The notes below the pieces were generated by a model. It was not told where the DNA came from and ran no database searches. It saw only the letters and a list, made by a program, of their open reading frames with translations. A DNA stretch of 64,000 nt, taken from Thermodesulfobacteriota bacterium. GTDB taxonomy: Bacteria; Desulfobacterota; Desulfobulbia; Desulfobulbales; SURF-16. The translations under genes were made by a program, and so were the position numbers. The stretch's first letter is position 1. The number at the start of each line of letters is the position of its first letter. Where the stretch lies: assembly GCA_039715015.1 (NCBI GenBank), contig JBDLIE010000006.1:1-64000 (forward strand). Reading direction: 5' to 3'. Positions 1 through 10,064 of the stretch are shown piece after piece.

Positions 1-78
1 AAGGTCATTAACGTCTTGTTTTTTCTGTAAAAGAAGAAGGAGGAAGAGATGACCACGTCAAGCAGCATCAAAGAGGAA

Positions 79-336
79 TTAGCGGCGCCGCTTGTTTTTT
101 TCGGCGCTGTTTCGTTTTGAACCAGAGGCGGTAAAGGCCTTGCTGATCATTTTATAATAGCTGCCCTTATCAATGCCCACGGGCCGTCCGCAACGGCAAT
201 GCATCTTGCCCTCTTTTTCTTCACAACCATAGACCTTATCAACTCTCGCCTTATGGCAGCGCAACAGTTCGCCCTGGCCTATTTTATCGTAGCGCCAGAG
301 CTTTTTCTTACAGGCGGCACATTTCAATACCAGCAT
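79..336 (-). CDS. small Cys-rich hypothetical protein (possible Zn-binding)
   Basis: 85 aa with CAAC, RCH and CRCG motifs; GGGAAG-like SD; follows trxC on the same strand. Confidence 0.7.
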   Translation of the reverse strand: MLVLKCAACKKKLWRYDKIGQGELLRCHKARVDKVYGCEEKEGKMHCRCGRPVGIDKGSYYKMISKAFTASGSKRNSAEKNKRRR

Positions 337-356
337 CTCTCTTTTCGTCTTCCCTG

Positions 357-788
357 TTAGATATGTTGACGGGTCCAGCGAATAATGTCGTCTTTATCCA
401 TGGCACCTGACTGCCTTGCCGCCTCTTTGCCATTTGTGACCAGCACCAAGGTTGGGATGGAGCGAATATTCCAGCGCCGGGCCATAATAGGCTCATCTTG
501 GCTGGACAATTTCAAGAGACGAACATGGGGCTCCAGGTCCTTTGCTGCAGCAGCAAAGGCTGGCCCCATCATCTTACAGGGACCGCACCAGGAGGCCCAG
601 AAATCAATGAGTACCGGAATATGGCTCCGATAGACATGTTTTTCGAAAGTATCAAAGCTTACACTGAGCGGCGCATTTTGAAAGAGCAACTCTTGGCAAT
701 GGCCGCATTTCGGGGCAGACGTTAACTTGTCTGCCGGCACCCTGCTGGTCTTATGGCAGGCTGGGCAGACTATATGCAAATTCTCCAT
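357..788 (-). CDS. trxC: thioredoxin 2 (Zn-finger thioredoxin)
   Basis: N-terminal CPAC...CGHC Zn finger; DFWASWCGPC active site; IRSIPT motif. Confidence 0.93.
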   Translation of the reverse strand: MENLHIVCPACHKTSRVPADKLTSAPKCGHCQELLFQNAPLSVSFDTFEKHVYRSHIPVLIDFWASWCGPCKMMGPAFAAAAKDLEPHVRLLKLSSQDEPIMARRWNIRSIPTLVLVTNGKEAARQSGAMDKDDIIRWTRQHI

Positions 789-876
789 GGATCATCACCT
801 GAAGGGCAAAATTTATTGACACTCCTTGCAAACGGGCTATTGTTGTCAGACTTATCAATCAAACACCTTCCCTTCC

Positions 877-1419
877 ATGTTTAGTAAACTTCTCCACCTC
901 TATAGCGTTGTCGACCAGGCAGTGGCACAGATCTGCAGCCAGTTCCCCGATGAGGTGAAATGCGGTCCAGGGTGCGCTGACTGCTGTCACGCCGTTTTTG
1001 ACGTGTCCGCCATTGAGGCGGCCTATCTTGCCGGTCTGTTAAGCAAGGAGCAAGGTAAGGAGCTTAGGACTTCTGCCCACGCGGCCTCGGCAGAATTTGC
1101 CAAACTCATGGAGGACAAAAAAAATCCTGCAGAGGCGCGGATCCGCTGCCCTCTCCTCGGTCCTGAAGACACCTGTCTCTGCTATGAGGGCAGGCCTGTT
1201 AACTGCCGGACCTACGGTACCCCCACCGTCATCCATGGCCAGGCCCATGTCTGCGGCCTCTCCGGTTTCGATAAAGGTCTATCCTATCCCACCATCAACC
1301 TCGAGCCCCTCCAGCAGAGTCTCTATGAATATTCTGTGGAGTTCTTCGGTCCTGACCTGGGCAACCAGCGTTTTCCCCTGGCCCTGGTTATTCTGGATCC
1401 CAATAAATTTTGTAAATAA
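877..1419 (+). CDS. YkgJ-family (CxxCxxCC) cysteine-cluster protein
   Basis: CGPGCADCC, CPLL, CLCYEGRPVNCRTYG motifs; ATG at 877 preferred over TTG at 826. Confidence 0.88.
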   Translation: MFSKLLHLYSVVDQAVAQICSQFPDEVKCGPGCADCCHAVFDVSAIEAAYLAGLLSKEQGKELRTSAHAASAEFAKLMEDKKNPAEARIRCPLLGPEDTCLCYEGRPVNCRTYGTPTVIHGQAHVCGLSGFDKGLSYPTINLEPLQQSLYEYSVEFFGPDLGNQRFPLALVILDPNKFCK

Positions 1420-1446
1420 TCCCAAAGTGGCATCTACCTTCTTCGC

Positions 1447-2460
1447 CTACCTGTTTCTGTGCAGAAGGGACTTAAGAGTTCCAACAATGACAACAAGCAA
1501 CAGGAGGTTGAGAGTAGCAGCCAATGGCCTGTTCTCCAGCAGCCAGGGGTAGAGTTCAACAATTGCAAAACGCTGCAGTCTGTCGTCAACCCTATAGCCG
1601 ACCTGTAACGGTATAATTTTCTTTGAGACAAAATCCTGGCCGACAGTGATCAGCAGTCCGTGCTGAAATTGGCCGTAGGGATTCTCGTCCAGATGTTTCC
1701 CAGCGGTACCGGTGACAATATATGCTGTTGCACCTTTTTTAACATGGGCATCCCCGTGATAATGGCCGGAAAAGACATAATCCACCTCAAAATCTACAAA
1801 TAAGCGCTCAAAACTCTTGGGAGCTGCAAATTTATAGTTCGGCAAAACCTGCGGAGGCACGTGCTGAAACACAAAGATCCTGCGGTAGCTATTACCGGCT
1901 TGCCTGAGAACTCTCTCCAGATACTGTTGACTCGCCAAAGTGGAGGATCCCTCTCCCTGGACACGTAGGCCAATAAAAAGACAATTTTGATAAACAAAGG
2001 AAAAAAGTGATGGCCCAAAATTTTCCTCAAACCGATCCAGGGGGAGTGCTTTCACATCCTGGTTTCCCTGGACGAAAAAGACGGGAAAGGGCATGGCAAG
2101 CTTTTTTTGCATCATGTAGCGAAAATGGGGATAGGTCCTGGCGTCAAAGGCATCACCGAGATGGACGGCAAAATCAACGGGTTCTTGGCGCAACTTCTTT
2201 GCCAACAGGGCATAAGGGCTGCCCCCTTCCGTATCGCCAAATACGGCAAAGGAAAACTCCTCTTTAGGCTCTGCCTTTTCGAGGCTGTCCTGTATTCGGG
2301 TAAAATTTCCAAAGTGTGGTGGCAATGGCCTGCGACTCTCCCTCTCGGCCAGCACAGCAAAAATCTCAAAACCCGCTACTGCCGCAAGCATTCCAACTAA
2401 AAAGATTTTGAGACCAATCTCCTTTGCTGATCTTTTACGGCCAAAAATTCTTCTACCCAT
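1447..2460 (-). CDS. membrane-anchored calcineurin-like metallophosphoesterase
   Basis: FGDTE, HLGD, GNQD, FQHVP and SGHYH motifs; hydrophobic segments at both ends. Confidence 0.88.
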   Translation of the reverse strand: MGRRIFGRKRSAKEIGLKIFLVGMLAAVAGFEIFAVLAERESRRPLPPHFGNFTRIQDSLEKAEPKEEFSFAVFGDTEGGSPYALLAKKLRQEPVDFAVHLGDAFDARTYPHFRYMMQKKLAMPFPVFFVQGNQDVKALPLDRFEENFGPSLFSFVYQNCLFIGLRVQGEGSSTLASQQYLERVLRQAGNSYRRIFVFQHVPPQVLPNYKFAAPKSFERLFVDFEVDYVFSGHYHGDAHVKKGATAYIVTGTAGKHLDENPYGQFQHGLLITVGQDFVSKKIIPLQVGYRVDDRLQRFAIVELYPWLLENRPLAATLNLLLLVVIVGTLKSLLHRNR

Positions 2461-2634
2461 ATTTTTTTTGCAACCCTGCCCGCTCTTTTTATTTATCCGT
2501 AAGATGTAATTGGGAAAACCTTAACGCTGTAATCATACTTAGCACAACTTTTTTTTATCCTGCCCATTGTCCGTGAAAAGTTATTTTCCCCTTATGCGAT
2601 TTTATTGCTACGCCTAAAACAGTGAAGTGACGAC

Positions 2635-2826
2635 ATGAAAGATGTCAGCCAAAAGGGCAGTCACCAATCACTGCTCTGGATCCGCGCCAAAGACGGTAAA
2701 CAGTTTGCTTGTGCCATTGCTGCCCTTAGAGGCAATGTTAAGGAAATCTCTGAGCTATGGCAAGCGGAGAAGGCTCAATGTATGGTTGTTACTCTTCTGG
2801 CGGCTAGTGAGCGCTGGACATATTAA
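2635..2826 (+). CDS. small hypothetical protein
   Basis: 63-aa ORF in an otherwise empty intergenic space, followed directly by a terminator. Confidence 0.55.
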   Translation: MKDVSQKGSHQSLLWIRAKDGKQFACAIAALRGNVKEISELWQAEKAQCMVVTLLAASERWTY

Positions 2827-2840
2827 CTCGCTTCCAAACT

Positions 2841-2876
2841 AAAAAGCCCCCTCTCAGATTTGAGAGGGGGCTTTTT
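2841..2876. terminator. bidirectional rho-independent terminator
   Basis: AAAAAGCCCCCTCTCA-GATT-TGAGAGGGGGCTTTTT between convergent genes. Confidence 0.9.
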
Positions 2877-2902
2877 AATTACTTACGTGAAATTCGTGCA
2901 AT

Positions 2903-3403
2903 TCAGTTTGATAGCGCCTGCAAAGCTGCCTGGTAATCTGGCTCCTGGGTAATTTCAGCAACCTGTTCCGTATAAACCACCTTGCCATTTTCATCGATAA
3001 TGACCACTGCCCGGGAAAGCAGGCCTGCAATGGGGCCATCAGCAACAGTCACTCCATAATCACTACCAAATTGTGATCGAAAAACCGAAACCGGGACAAC
3101 ATCTTCAAGTCCTTCCGCCTCACAGAAACGGGAATGGGCAAAAGGCAGATCAGCTGAAACGCAAAGAACAACCGTGTTGTCCATAGAGCTTGCATCCTGG
3201 TTAAAACGGCGCACAGAGGCAGCGCACACTGAAGTATCAATACTTGGGAAAATATTGAGCACCAGCTTTTTGCCGCTATATTCCTCTAAGGTTTTTTCGG
3301 ATAAATCAGTTGCCGTTAGACTGAATAGCGGAGCCTGATTGCCTGCGCCAGGCAACTCGCCAACTGTTTTAAATGGGTTTCCTTCCAAGGTGATCTGGGC
3401 CAT
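2903..3403 (-). CDS. tpx: thiol peroxidase (atypical 2-Cys peroxiredoxin)
   Basis: NIFPSIDTSVC, SADLPFAHSRFC and EPDY motifs. Confidence 0.95.
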   Translation of the reverse strand: MAQITLEGNPFKTVGELPGAGNQAPLFSLTATDLSEKTLEEYSGKKLVLNIFPSIDTSVCAASVRRFNQDASSMDNTVVLCVSADLPFAHSRFCEAEGLEDVVPVSVFRSQFGSDYGVTVADGPIAGLLSRAVVIIDENGKVVYTEQVAEITQEPDYQAALQALSN

Positions 3404-3510
3404 AAGTTATTACTCCTTGCTTGAGTATGGGGTAAAAAATTTAATCGATGTATCAGCAAAGTATGAACTCTTTGCCGGCGAGTCAAGAGAAGCAAATTTT
3501 TCTCATCAGG

Positions 3511-3550
3511 CCAAAAAGAGGAGGAGACAGTCGCCTCCACCTCTTTTTGG
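3511..3550 (-). terminator. rho-independent terminator of the DUF2202 gene
   Basis: CCAAAAAGAGGAGGAG...CCTCCACCTCTTTTTGG hairpin just after the stop at 3552. Confidence 0.7.
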
Positions 3551-3551
3551 A

Positions 3552-4214
3552 TTAACGACCTAAAATGGTGTCAACCTCTTCCTGGGTAAGGACCTGGGCA
3601 ACATAATTTCCGGCGCCGATAACATTTTCGATATTTTGGACATACGAACGAAGATGATCTTTTGAACCATCCACCAAGTGGCTATACATGCTCTGAAGGT
3701 CTTTCTCGTCAGTATACTCAAGACCACACTGGCCTGCGTCAATACCATTATCGGTCTCCACAATTACTTTAGGGCAACTAATGATATCATGCATATCAAG
3801 CTCCTCAATGAAGGCCCCTACATAAAGAGCATCAAGAACGCTCTGGGATCCCCAGTCGACCAGGAGGTCATACTTTTCGGTGAAATACCAGCCATAATCT
3901 GCGCCGGTGAAAACACCGATACTCTCAGGCAGCAGATTGGTGTCCGGATTGGGATCGGCGATACCATGCTTCTCCAGCATATCACGACAGGTGTCTGTGT
4001 GAGTTTGCTCTGAATTGTCGCCAATATTTGAAAATACAGCCTCATCGGGGTACTGGGCGCTCAAAGTCATGTAGACATCGCGGGCCAATTTCTCTTCTTC
4101 ACGCATGAAAATGAGATGGGTGGCTTCACCATCATCAAGGCGGGCAGCCAGGGCAACGGATGGGGCGGGACCAACTAAGGCGGCAAACAACAGAGCAGTT
4201 ACAAATTTTTTCAT
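3552..4214 (-). CDS. secreted ferritin-like DUF2202 protein
   Basis: Signal peptide; MREEEKLARDVY, SEQTH, IEELD and GSKDHLRSY motifs. Confidence 0.85.
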   Translation of the reverse strand: MKKFVTALLFAALVGPAPSVALAARLDDGEATHLIFMREEEKLARDVYMTLSAQYPDEAVFSNIGDNSEQTHTDTCRDMLEKHGIADPNPDTNLLPESIGVFTGADYGWYFTEKYDLLVDWGSQSVLDALYVGAFIEELDMHDIISCPKVIVETDNGIDAGQCGLEYTDEKDLQSMYSHLVDGSKDHLRSYVQNIENVIGAGNYVAQVLTQEEVDTILGR

Positions 4215-4382
4215 GATTTTCTCCTTACGTGAGATTTACACCAAAAGGTGTTTAGTAATAATTACTCTTTGCAAAAGAGAATACAGGGAAAAATTCAAGC
4301 TGCAATATGGTAAATTGTCGCACCCAAAACACGTGAGGCACCATGTCACACGAGGGATATACCCATAAGAAGGAGAGAAGAA

Positions 4383-4646
4383 ATGGTTAATTATATTGCC
4401 GCAAAAGAGTTTAGCCTCCCTTCCAGAACAGTCATCAAAGGGCTCGCTGACGGGAATTATGCCCGGATCATGGACCGGAAAAACCGGATCATCATGGCTG
4501 ACGGCAGGAAGATCCTAGAAAAGGCCAACCAGATCGCCCTCAAAAAACCAGGGGCAAAGGTTTGTCTAAAAACATCAGCGCCAGTTTGTGGAAAAACTGG
4601 CCAATTTCTTGCACAGCATGGAATAACTCTTCACATCCTTAGCTGA
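4383..4646 (+). CDS. hypothetical protein
   Basis: 87-aa ORF with AAGGAG SD upstream. Confidence 0.65.
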   Translation: MVNYIAAKEFSLPSRTVIKGLADGNYARIMDRKNRIIMADGRKILEKANQIALKKPGAKVCLKTSAPVCGKTGQFLAQHGITLHILS

Positions 4647-4956
4647 GAATGAAAAGACCACTAAGAACACTGCAATGGCCAAAACAAGGCTTGCTCGTTT
4701 TCTTCCAAAAAACGCCAAAGAGTCCTTCCTGAAGAGCGGACCGACCTGAAAAGATACTTTTTTAAGTGAGGTAAAAATAATGCTGCGGCGCCATGCCTTC
4801 CTTTTTCTTCTGCGACAATTTGTCACCCTAAGAAGCAAAATTTCCGCCTAACCGGAGCCAGTATCAAAAAAAATATCAGCACATACTTTTCTTTTAAAAT
4901 TAAGTCGATAGCACCTCAAGCATATAAAAAAAATAAATTTCGCAAATTAATACTTC

Positions 4957-4999
4957 TTGACTTAAGTCAACGATCTCTTGCTTCATTTAAATATAGAAT
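4957..4999 (+). promoter_or_regulatory. Crp/Fnr-family box plus -10 element for the octaheme cytochrome gene
   Basis: Perfect palindrome TTGACTTAAGTCAA (4957-4970) and TAGAAT (4994-4999); box centre about 42 nt upstream of the predicted start site. Confidence 0.7.
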
Positions 5000-5089
5000 T
5001 ACCGCGAACAGGTTTGCCGTTTCTGGAAACCTCAAGAAGATATGCCCTAGGCATATAAATTTTCAACCAGAACAAACAGGAGCGCGAAG

Positions 5090-6415
5090 ATGAAGAAATC
5101 CATGGGCATAGCCCTCATCCTGGCAACAGCACTACTGGGATACGGGGCAACGCAGGCACTTGCGGGAGACAAGTGTGTTTCCTGCCACAAAAAGGACAAT
5201 CCAGGCCTCTATAAACAGTGGAAGAATTCCACCCATGCCAAGGAAGGGGTCGGCTGTTTTGATTGTCACGAGGCAAACAAGAAGGACATTGACGCCTTCG
5301 AACATCACGGCGCCAGCATTGCAACCTTGGTAACTCCCAAAGATTGCGGCAAATGCCATGAGGCTGAAGCCGAGCAAACCACCAAATCATACCATGCCCA
5401 TGCCGGTGAGATTCTGGAGTCCAAGGATGCCTATCTTGCCCACGTGGCTGGCGGTAACCCTGTGGTTATCACCGGTTGTGCCACCTGCCACGGTTCTAAA
5501 GTCAAGATTGATCCCAAGGCACCAAACAAGCTTGCCAAGGAAACCTGGCCCAACTCCGGTATCGGCCGGATCAACCCAGATGGTTCAAAAGGCTCCTGTA
5601 ACGCCTGCCATGGCCGCCATTCTTTCTCAGTGGAGCAGGCCAGACAGCCTGAAAACTGCGGCAAGTGTCATCTCGGCCCTGATCACCCGCAAAAGGAGAT
5701 TTATGAGGAATCCAAACATGGTATCGCCTACTTTGCCCACAAGGACAAGCTTAACTTAGACAGTGACAAGTGGGTTGTCGGTAAAGACTATTACGAGGCA
5801 CCTTCCTGTGCCACCTGTCATATGTCTGCAACCAGCAATCAGAAGATCACCCATGATGTGGGCGATCGTATTTCCTGGACCCTGCGTCCGCCTGTCTCCA
5901 AATTCAAGGACAACTGGCAGATGAAACGCGGCAACATGAAGGATGTTTGCCTCAACTGTCACCAGCAACGTTTTGTGGATGGTCATTACTACCAGTATGA
6001 CGCCCTGGTGGAACTCTATAATGAAAAATTTGCCAAGCCTGCCGGCGCGATCATGAAGATCATCAAAAAGAAAAAGCTCATGGAGCGTCCCGCCGCCTTC
6101 TCAAATACAATTGAATGGGAGTATTGGGAACTCTGGCACCATGAAGGCAGAAGAGCACGAATGGGTGCAGCCATGATGGGACCTGATTACACCTGGTGGC
6201 ACGGCATCTATGACGTGGCCCACAACTTCTACTTCAAGTTCCTCCCGGAGGCACGCCATTATAACGATCCGGATGTCAATGCCTATATCGACAAGCTGCT
6301 CAAGAATGACCCCATGCACACCTGGTTGGAAAAACCAACCAGTGAGCTAAAAGCGTCCATCCGCAGCGGCGAGTTACAGCAGGTGTACCAGAAGATGTTT
6401 GAAGAGAAGAAATAA
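5090..6415 (+). CDS. periplasmic octaheme cytochrome c, hydroxylamine oxidoreductase (HAO)-like family
   Basis: Signal peptide; 8 CxxCH (CVSCH, CFDCH, CGKCH, CATCH, CNACH, CGKCH, CATCH, CLNCH); GPDHPQ.EIY.ESKHG and PDYTWWHG motifs. Confidence 0.9.
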   Translation: MKKSMGIALILATALLGYGATQALAGDKCVSCHKKDNPGLYKQWKNSTHAKEGVGCFDCHEANKKDIDAFEHHGASIATLVTPKDCGKCHEAEAEQTTKSYHAHAGEILESKDAYLAHVAGGNPVVITGCATCHGSKVKIDPKAPNKLAKETWPNSGIGRINPDGSKGSCNACHGRHSFSVEQARQPENCGKCHLGPDHPQKEIYEESKHGIAYFAHKDKLNLDSDKWVVGKDYYEAPSCATCHMSATSNQKITHDVGDRISWTLRPPVSKFKDNWQMKRGNMKDVCLNCHQQRFVDGHYYQYDALVELYNEKFAKPAGAIMKIIKKKKLMERPAAFSNTIEWEYWELWHHEGRRARMGAAMMGPDYTWWHGIYDVAHNFYFKFLPEARHYNDPDVNAYIDKLLKNDPMHTWLEKPTSELKASIRSGELQQVYQKMFEEKK

Positions 6416-6440
6416 GCAACTCTTAGCTTCAGATACTTCC

Positions 6441-6484
6441 AACAGAAAAAGAGACGTCCGGTTTCGGACGTCTCTTTTTCTGTT
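6441..6484. terminator. bidirectional terminator
   Basis: AACAGAAAAAGAGACGTCCG-GTTT-CGGACGTCTCTTTTTCTGTT. Confidence 0.9.
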
Positions 6485-6581
6485 TCTTAAGGGGAGCGGG
6501 ATAGGCCAATTTGCCATTAGCTTGATTCTGCTGAACCGGCAACGACTCCTCCCCAAATCATATTTTTTCAAGGCAGTTGGC

Positions 6582-7217
6582 TCAGAAATCAGTATCCTTG
6601 CGCGGCCCGGCAGTGATCAAAAAAATTCCGTACGTGGCCCGCCAATCAGGGAGAAAACTGACAATGTTTCCTTTTTCCTCATGATGATGACTGTTGATCG
6701 CCACCTCTTTGACGATCTTGGCGTTGATGGTTGAAATAAATTTGCGAAAATCCTTCATGGTAATGACCCTGATATTGGGACTGTTATACCATTCATAAGG
6801 GAGCTGGTCATTTTTGGGCGCCAGTCCGGTAAAAAGAAGCTGCAAGCGGACCCACCAATGGCTGAAATTAGGGAAACTGACAATCACCCTGGTGCCGATG
6901 GTGAGGAGGGTGTGGATCAACTCTTCCGGTTTGTAGACCTGCTGCAGGGTTTGGCTGAGGACGACATAGTCAAAATGGTTGGCCGGATAATCAAGAACCT
7001 CCTCGTTAAAATTTTCCTGCAACACCGATAATCCCCGGCTGATGCACTCTGCTGCTTTTTCTTCATCAGATTCAATGCCCACCCCTTGAACATTTTTTTG
7101 GCTCTGAAGATAGTAGAGCAGATCACCCTGCCCACAACCCAGATCAAGCACCCGGCTCTTTGGCTCAATCCACGAAGAGATGACCTGCAAATCAAAACGC
7201 ATTTGAGTTTCAGTCAT
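6582..7217 (-). CDS. metW: methionine biosynthesis protein MetW
   Basis: VLDLGCGQG SAM motif, LSQTLQ, VSFPNF, LPYEWYNSPNI; adjacent to metX. Confidence 0.93.
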   Translation of the reverse strand: MTETQMRFDLQVISSWIEPKSRVLDLGCGQGDLLYYLQSQKNVQGVGIESDEEKAAECISRGLSVLQENFNEEVLDYPANHFDYVVLSQTLQQVYKPEELIHTLLTIGTRVIVSFPNFSHWWVRLQLLFTGLAPKNDQLPYEWYNSPNIRVITMKDFRKFISTINAKIVKEVAINSHHHEEKGNIVSFLPDWRATYGIFLITAGPRKDTDF

Positions 7218-8343
7218 GTGCCATCACTCCATCCAAGAAACCGCTGATCATCTCTTTCAGGCGGTCATTTTCAATCAAAAAAGCGTCATGGCCACAATCA
7301 GCTTTAATCTCACAAAAACTGACGTTGAGGCCATCTCTCTTTAAGGCGCGCACCAACTCTTTTGACTGGTAGGTGGGGTACAGCCAGTCAGAGGAAAACG
7401 AAATGACCAGGAAACGAATTTCAGCTCCGGCCAGGCCGAAAATCCCCCCTTCTTGATTACCGGTCAGATCAAAATAATCAGCCGCCTTGGTGATATAAAG
7501 CACGGAATTGGCATCAAAACGGCGAACAAACTTGGCTCCCTGGTAACGCAGATAGCTTTCCACCTGAAAATCGCTTTCAAAATTAAACGAAAAATCATTA
7601 CGATCATGAAGCCTGCGGCCAAACTTGCGGCGCATGGCCTCGTCGGAGAGATAGGTAACATGGCCAATCATCCGGGCCACGGCCAGGCCCAACTCAGGAG
7701 GGTTGTCACCATAGTTCCCCTGCTGCCAGTTGGGATCAACCATGATGGCCTGGCGGGCTATTTCGTTAAAGGCTATGGCCAGGGCTGAATGGCGCATGGT
7801 GGTGGCCAAAGGGATGGCCGAGCGCACCATTTGCGGATAGCTCACGCACCACTGCAGGGCCTGCATGCCTCCCACCGAGCCGCCGATCACGGCCAGCAGT
7901 TTACTGATTTGCAGGTGGTCGATGAGGGCCTTCTGGGCCCGAACCATATCAGCAATGGTCACCATGGGAAAATCGAGGCCATAAGGGGCCTTGGTGGCTG
8001 GATTTTCAGACCCCGGCCCGGTGGACCCCAGGCAGCTCCCGAGAATATTGGAGCAGATTACAAAATAGCGTTCGGTATCAATGGCCTTGCCCGGCCCCAC
8101 CATTACCTCCCACCAGCCAGGGTCTCCGGCTTCTCCCTCCTGGCTCGGATGGGAGGCAACATGGGCGTCGCCCGAAAAGGCATGGAGGATGAGAATGGCA
8201 TTATCCTTGTCAGCGTTTAAGGAACCATAGGTTTCATAGGCCAGGGTCACCGGGCCGAGACGGCCGCCGTTGTCAAGCTCCAAACCTTGGCCATCATCGG
8301 CAAAGGTAAATTTTTTTCTGCCGTTGTCCTGCACAGGTGCCAC
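7210..8343 (-). CDS. metX: homoserine O-acyl(acetyl)transferase
   Basis: HAFSGDAH, GGSVGGMQ nucleophile elbow, SSDWLYP and GHDAFL. Confidence 0.94.
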   Translation of the reverse strand: MAPVQDNGRKKFTFADDGQGLELDNGGRLGPVTLAYETYGSLNADKDNAILILHAFSGDAHVASHPSQEGEAGDPGWWEVMVGPGKAIDTERYFVICSNILGSCLGSTGPGSENPATKAPYGLDFPMVTIADMVRAQKALIDHLQISKLLAVIGGSVGGMQALQWCVSYPQMVRSAIPLATTMRHSALAIAFNEIARQAIMVDPNWQQGNYGDNPPELGLAVARMIGHVTYLSDEAMRRKFGRRLHDRNDFSFNFESDFQVESYLRYQGAKFVRRFDANSVLYITKAADYFDLTGNQEGGIFGLAGAEIRFLVISFSSDWLYPTYQSKELVRALKRDGLNVSFCEIKADCGHDAFLIENDRLKEMISGFLDGVMAHD

Positions 8344-8346
8344 CAG

Positions 8347-9624
8347 TTAAGAGGAGGCCGCCAAGGCGTGATCGAGATCGGCCAGGATATCGTCGATATT
8401 TTCGATACCAATGGAAAGCCGTATCATGGCCTCTGACAGGCCAGAGGCCTGAAGCTGCTCGGCGCTCATCTGTGAATGGGTGGTCGTGGCCGGATGGATG
8501 GCCAGAGATTTTGCGTCACCGACATTGGCCAGATGGGAAAAGAGCTCAAGCGCCTCAATAAATTTTTGGCCGCTGTCGCGACCTCCCTTCACCCCAAAGG
8601 CCACCATACCCCCAAAACCGTTTTTTAGATATTTTTGGGCCACAGCACTGCTGCCACGGCCAGGATACTTCACCCACTCCACCAGCGGATGCTTCCCAAG
8701 ATGGTCGGCAACCGCCATGGCATTAGCACAATGGCGCTCCATACGGAGGGCCAATGTTTCAAGGCCCTGCAGAAAACACCAGGAATTATCCGGGGAGATA
8801 CAGGCCCCCAGGTTACGCAAGGCAACCAGGCGCATCCGCAAGGCAAAGGCCACCGGGCCCAAATCACCAAGATCATGGCCATAGCGCAGGCCGTGGTAAC
8901 TGGAATCGGGTTCATTGTAGAGCTTAAATTTCGGGTCGGTCCAGTCAAAGCTGCCGCCATCAACGACAATACCGCCAATGGCTACGCCATGGCCCCCCAT
9001 CCATTTGGTCAGGGAATGGACCACGATATCCGCACCATATTCTAAGGGCCGCAGCAGGCAGGGGGGGGTAAAGGTGGAGTCAACGATGAGCGGCAAATGA
9101 TGTTCCTTGGCAATTTTGCTCACTGCCTCCAGGTCTGTCATCTCCAGTCCTGGATTACCGATGGTCTCACAATAAATAACCCTGGTCTTGTCATTAATGG
9201 CTCTGGCAAAATTATCAGGATCACTGGGATCGACCAGCCGCACTTTAATCCCCAGCTGCGGCAAGATGGCGTCAAACTGGGTATAGGTTCCGCCGTAGAG
9301 GTTGTTGGCGGCCACCACCTCATCACCCTGGCTGCAGATATTGATAATGGAATAGAAGATGGCTGAGGTGCCGGAGGACAGAGCAAGTGCGGCAGCCCCG
9401 CCTTCCAAGGCTGCCACCCGCTGTTCCAGAACATCCTGGGTGGGATTCATCAGCCTCGTATAGATATTGCCCATCTCTTTCAGGCCAAAAAGGTTGGCTG
9501 CATGTTCGGTATCTCGGAAGAGATAGGAACTGGTGCGATAAATTGGGACCCCCCGGGAAAGGGTATCACTGTCAACCGTGTGGCCAGCATGCAGGGCCAA
9601 GGTCTCGAACTTTAAATTGTCCAT
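8347..9624 (-). CDS. metY: O-acetylhomoserine aminocarboxypropyltransferase (sulfhydrylase)
   Basis: GNIYTRLMNPT, HSLTKW PLP lysine, HLANVGDAKSL.IHPA.TTH. Confidence 0.94.
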   Translation of the reverse strand: MDNLKFETLALHAGHTVDSDTLSRGVPIYRTSSYLFRDTEHAANLFGLKEMGNIYTRLMNPTQDVLEQRVAALEGGAAALALSSGTSAIFYSIINICSQGDEVVAANNLYGGTYTQFDAILPQLGIKVRLVDPSDPDNFARAINDKTRVIYCETIGNPGLEMTDLEAVSKIAKEHHLPLIVDSTFTPPCLLRPLEYGADIVVHSLTKWMGGHGVAIGGIVVDGGSFDWTDPKFKLYNEPDSSYHGLRYGHDLGDLGPVAFALRMRLVALRNLGACISPDNSWCFLQGLETLALRMERHCANAMAVADHLGKHPLVEWVKYPGRGSSAVAQKYLKNGFGGMVAFGVKGGRDSGQKFIEALELFSHLANVGDAKSLAIHPATTTHSQMSAEQLQASGLSEAMIRLSIGIENIDDILADLDHALAASS

Positions 9625-10064
9625 CCAAAATCCTCCTGAGGCGAAAAAGCCGTTTTGATTACCAAATGCTAAATGTTGCTGAAGCCAACCAAGGAACGAA
9701 AAATCATTGTATGAAATTTGGACATCGCGTGTGACAATTATTTTAATTTCTCCATAAAAAACAGTGCAATAGGCTGCAATTGCCCAGGCAGGAGGTTAGG
9801 GCGCCAAAAACCTACAAATGCGGGTTTGCAAAATTGCGGGAACGAGACAAGCCCGCGGGTAGAAACGATAAAAAAATGGAAAAAAAGGCCAGGGGTGTCG
9901 GGGTGCCTTTTCGCCTGTTTCACTGGCTGCGTTACTTTTTTTTGGCAAGTAGCAGCCAAGCGGCCGAAAAGGAACAAAACGATATTCGCAGCAAGAAAGA
10001 CAATATTGGCAACAAGCCGTCCCACTGTAATCTATGATGGACCTTTTAAAGGAAGATGCGTCTT

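Noticed and set aside
9625..10064. SAM-I riboswitch upstream of metY; also ORFs 9718-10326 and 9738-10025
   Set aside because: The conserved SAM-I core was not found; the ORFs lack motifs and one overlaps nadA antisense.
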